24,000 nt of DNA, taken from Alphaproteobacteria bacterium. GTDB taxonomy: Bacteria; Pseudomonadota; Alphaproteobacteria; GCA-2731375. The stretch spans positions 14,196-38,195 of the forward strand of contig CBDDBZ010000001.1 of the NCBI GenBank assembly GCA_965225945.1, written 5' to 3'. The translations under genes and the position numbers were made by a program. The notes below the pieces were generated by a model, which made no database searches, was not told the origin of the DNA, and was given only the letters and a program-made list of their open reading frames with translations. The first letter of the stretch is position 1; the number at the start of each line of letters is the position of its first letter. Shown one piece after another: positions 23,676 to 24,000 of the stretch.

Positions 23676-24000
23676 TCAGTTTCCCTGGCTCTCTCGCCGC
23701 GCGAGGAACGCCAGGCGCTCGAAGAGGTGCACGTCCTGCTCGTTCTTCAGCAGCGCGCCGTGCAGCGGCGGGATCAGCTTCCTCGGATCCTTGCTCCGCA
23801 GGACCTCGGGCGAGATGTCGTCGACCATCAGCAACTTCAGCCAATCCAACAATTCCGAGGTCGAGGGCTTCTTCTTCAGTCCCGGGACCTCGCGGATCTC
23901 GTAGAACACGTTCAGCGCCTCGCGCACCAGGTCCTTCAGGATCGAGGGATGATGCACGGCGATGATCTCCAGCATCGTCTCGCGCTCGGGGAAGCGGATG
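23676..24000 (-). CDS. MoxR-like AAA+ ATPase, C-terminal part; gene runs off the right edge
   Basis: The frame stays open to position 24000 (...IRFPERETMLEIIAVHHPSILKDLVREALNVFYEIRE...KKPSTSELLDWLKLL...). This is the typical C-terminal lid region of MoxR-family ATPases, and it sits 23 nt upstream of its usual VWA partner. Confidence 0.8.
   Translation of the reverse strand, partial: IRFPERETMLEIIAVHHPSILKDLVREALNVFYEIREVPGLKKKPSTSELLDWLKLLMVDDISPEVLRSKDPRKLIPPLHGALLKNEQDVHLFERLAFLARRESQGN

Noticed and set aside
23653-23844. 64-codon N-terminal extension of the VWA protein ORF
   Set aside because: It overlaps the 3' end of the MoxR-type ATPase gene and is Arg/Ala/Pro-rich. Family members start at MLIDFFYEL-type sequences.
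1-24000. CRISPR arrays, rRNA genes, prophage or defence islands
   Set aside because: No regularly spaced direct repeats, no rRNA-like conserved blocks and no phage structural or integrase genes were seen. The only repeats found are the IS termini and TSD, one 15-bp tandem duplication and a few hairpins.

Overview
High-GC chromosomal segment that looks alphaproteobacterial, based on the ZauP/DUF4164-ZapA pairing and strong G/C third-position bias. Most of it is ordinary housekeeping or metabolic content. Positions 1-6329 hold a co-directional minus-strand run: FMN-dependent hydroxy-acid dehydrogenase (edge-truncated), PhyH dioxygenase, EamA transporter, SDR, M32 carboxypeptidase, VOC/glyoxalase and an NHL/PAL-like beta-propeller. 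Next come a cupin and an MFS transporter on the plus strand, then CoA-transferase subunits A and B and an aldo/keto reductase on the minus strand. After these are a small GIY-YIG-like protein, a coiled-coil lipoprotein and an adenylosuccinate-lyase-family enzyme. The conserved cell-division block follows: zauP-like, zapA, 6S RNA (ssrS), 5-formyl-THF cyclo-ligase and ymdB-like. The accessory part lies at 16.6-22.3 kb. A GAF/HD-GYP (c-di-GMP phosphodiesterase type) gene is split by a 2,431-bp IS66-family element with perfect 14-bp terminal inverted repeats and an 8-bp target duplication. In place of the usual tnpA/tnpB accessory genes, this element carries a Dam/D12-type DNA adenine methyltransferase translationally coupled to the transposase. 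This is the most interesting object in the window. Just downstream sits a decaying IS630-family copy whose transposase lacks the segment bearing the third catalytic acidic residue. The window ends with a VWA (CoxE-like) gene and an edge-truncated MoxR-type AAA+ ATPase gene. No CRISPR array, rRNA or convincing tRNA was seen. Many long ORFs in the supplied track are antisense or alternate-frame artefacts of high GC. All functional calls rest on motif recognition by eye; no database search was run.
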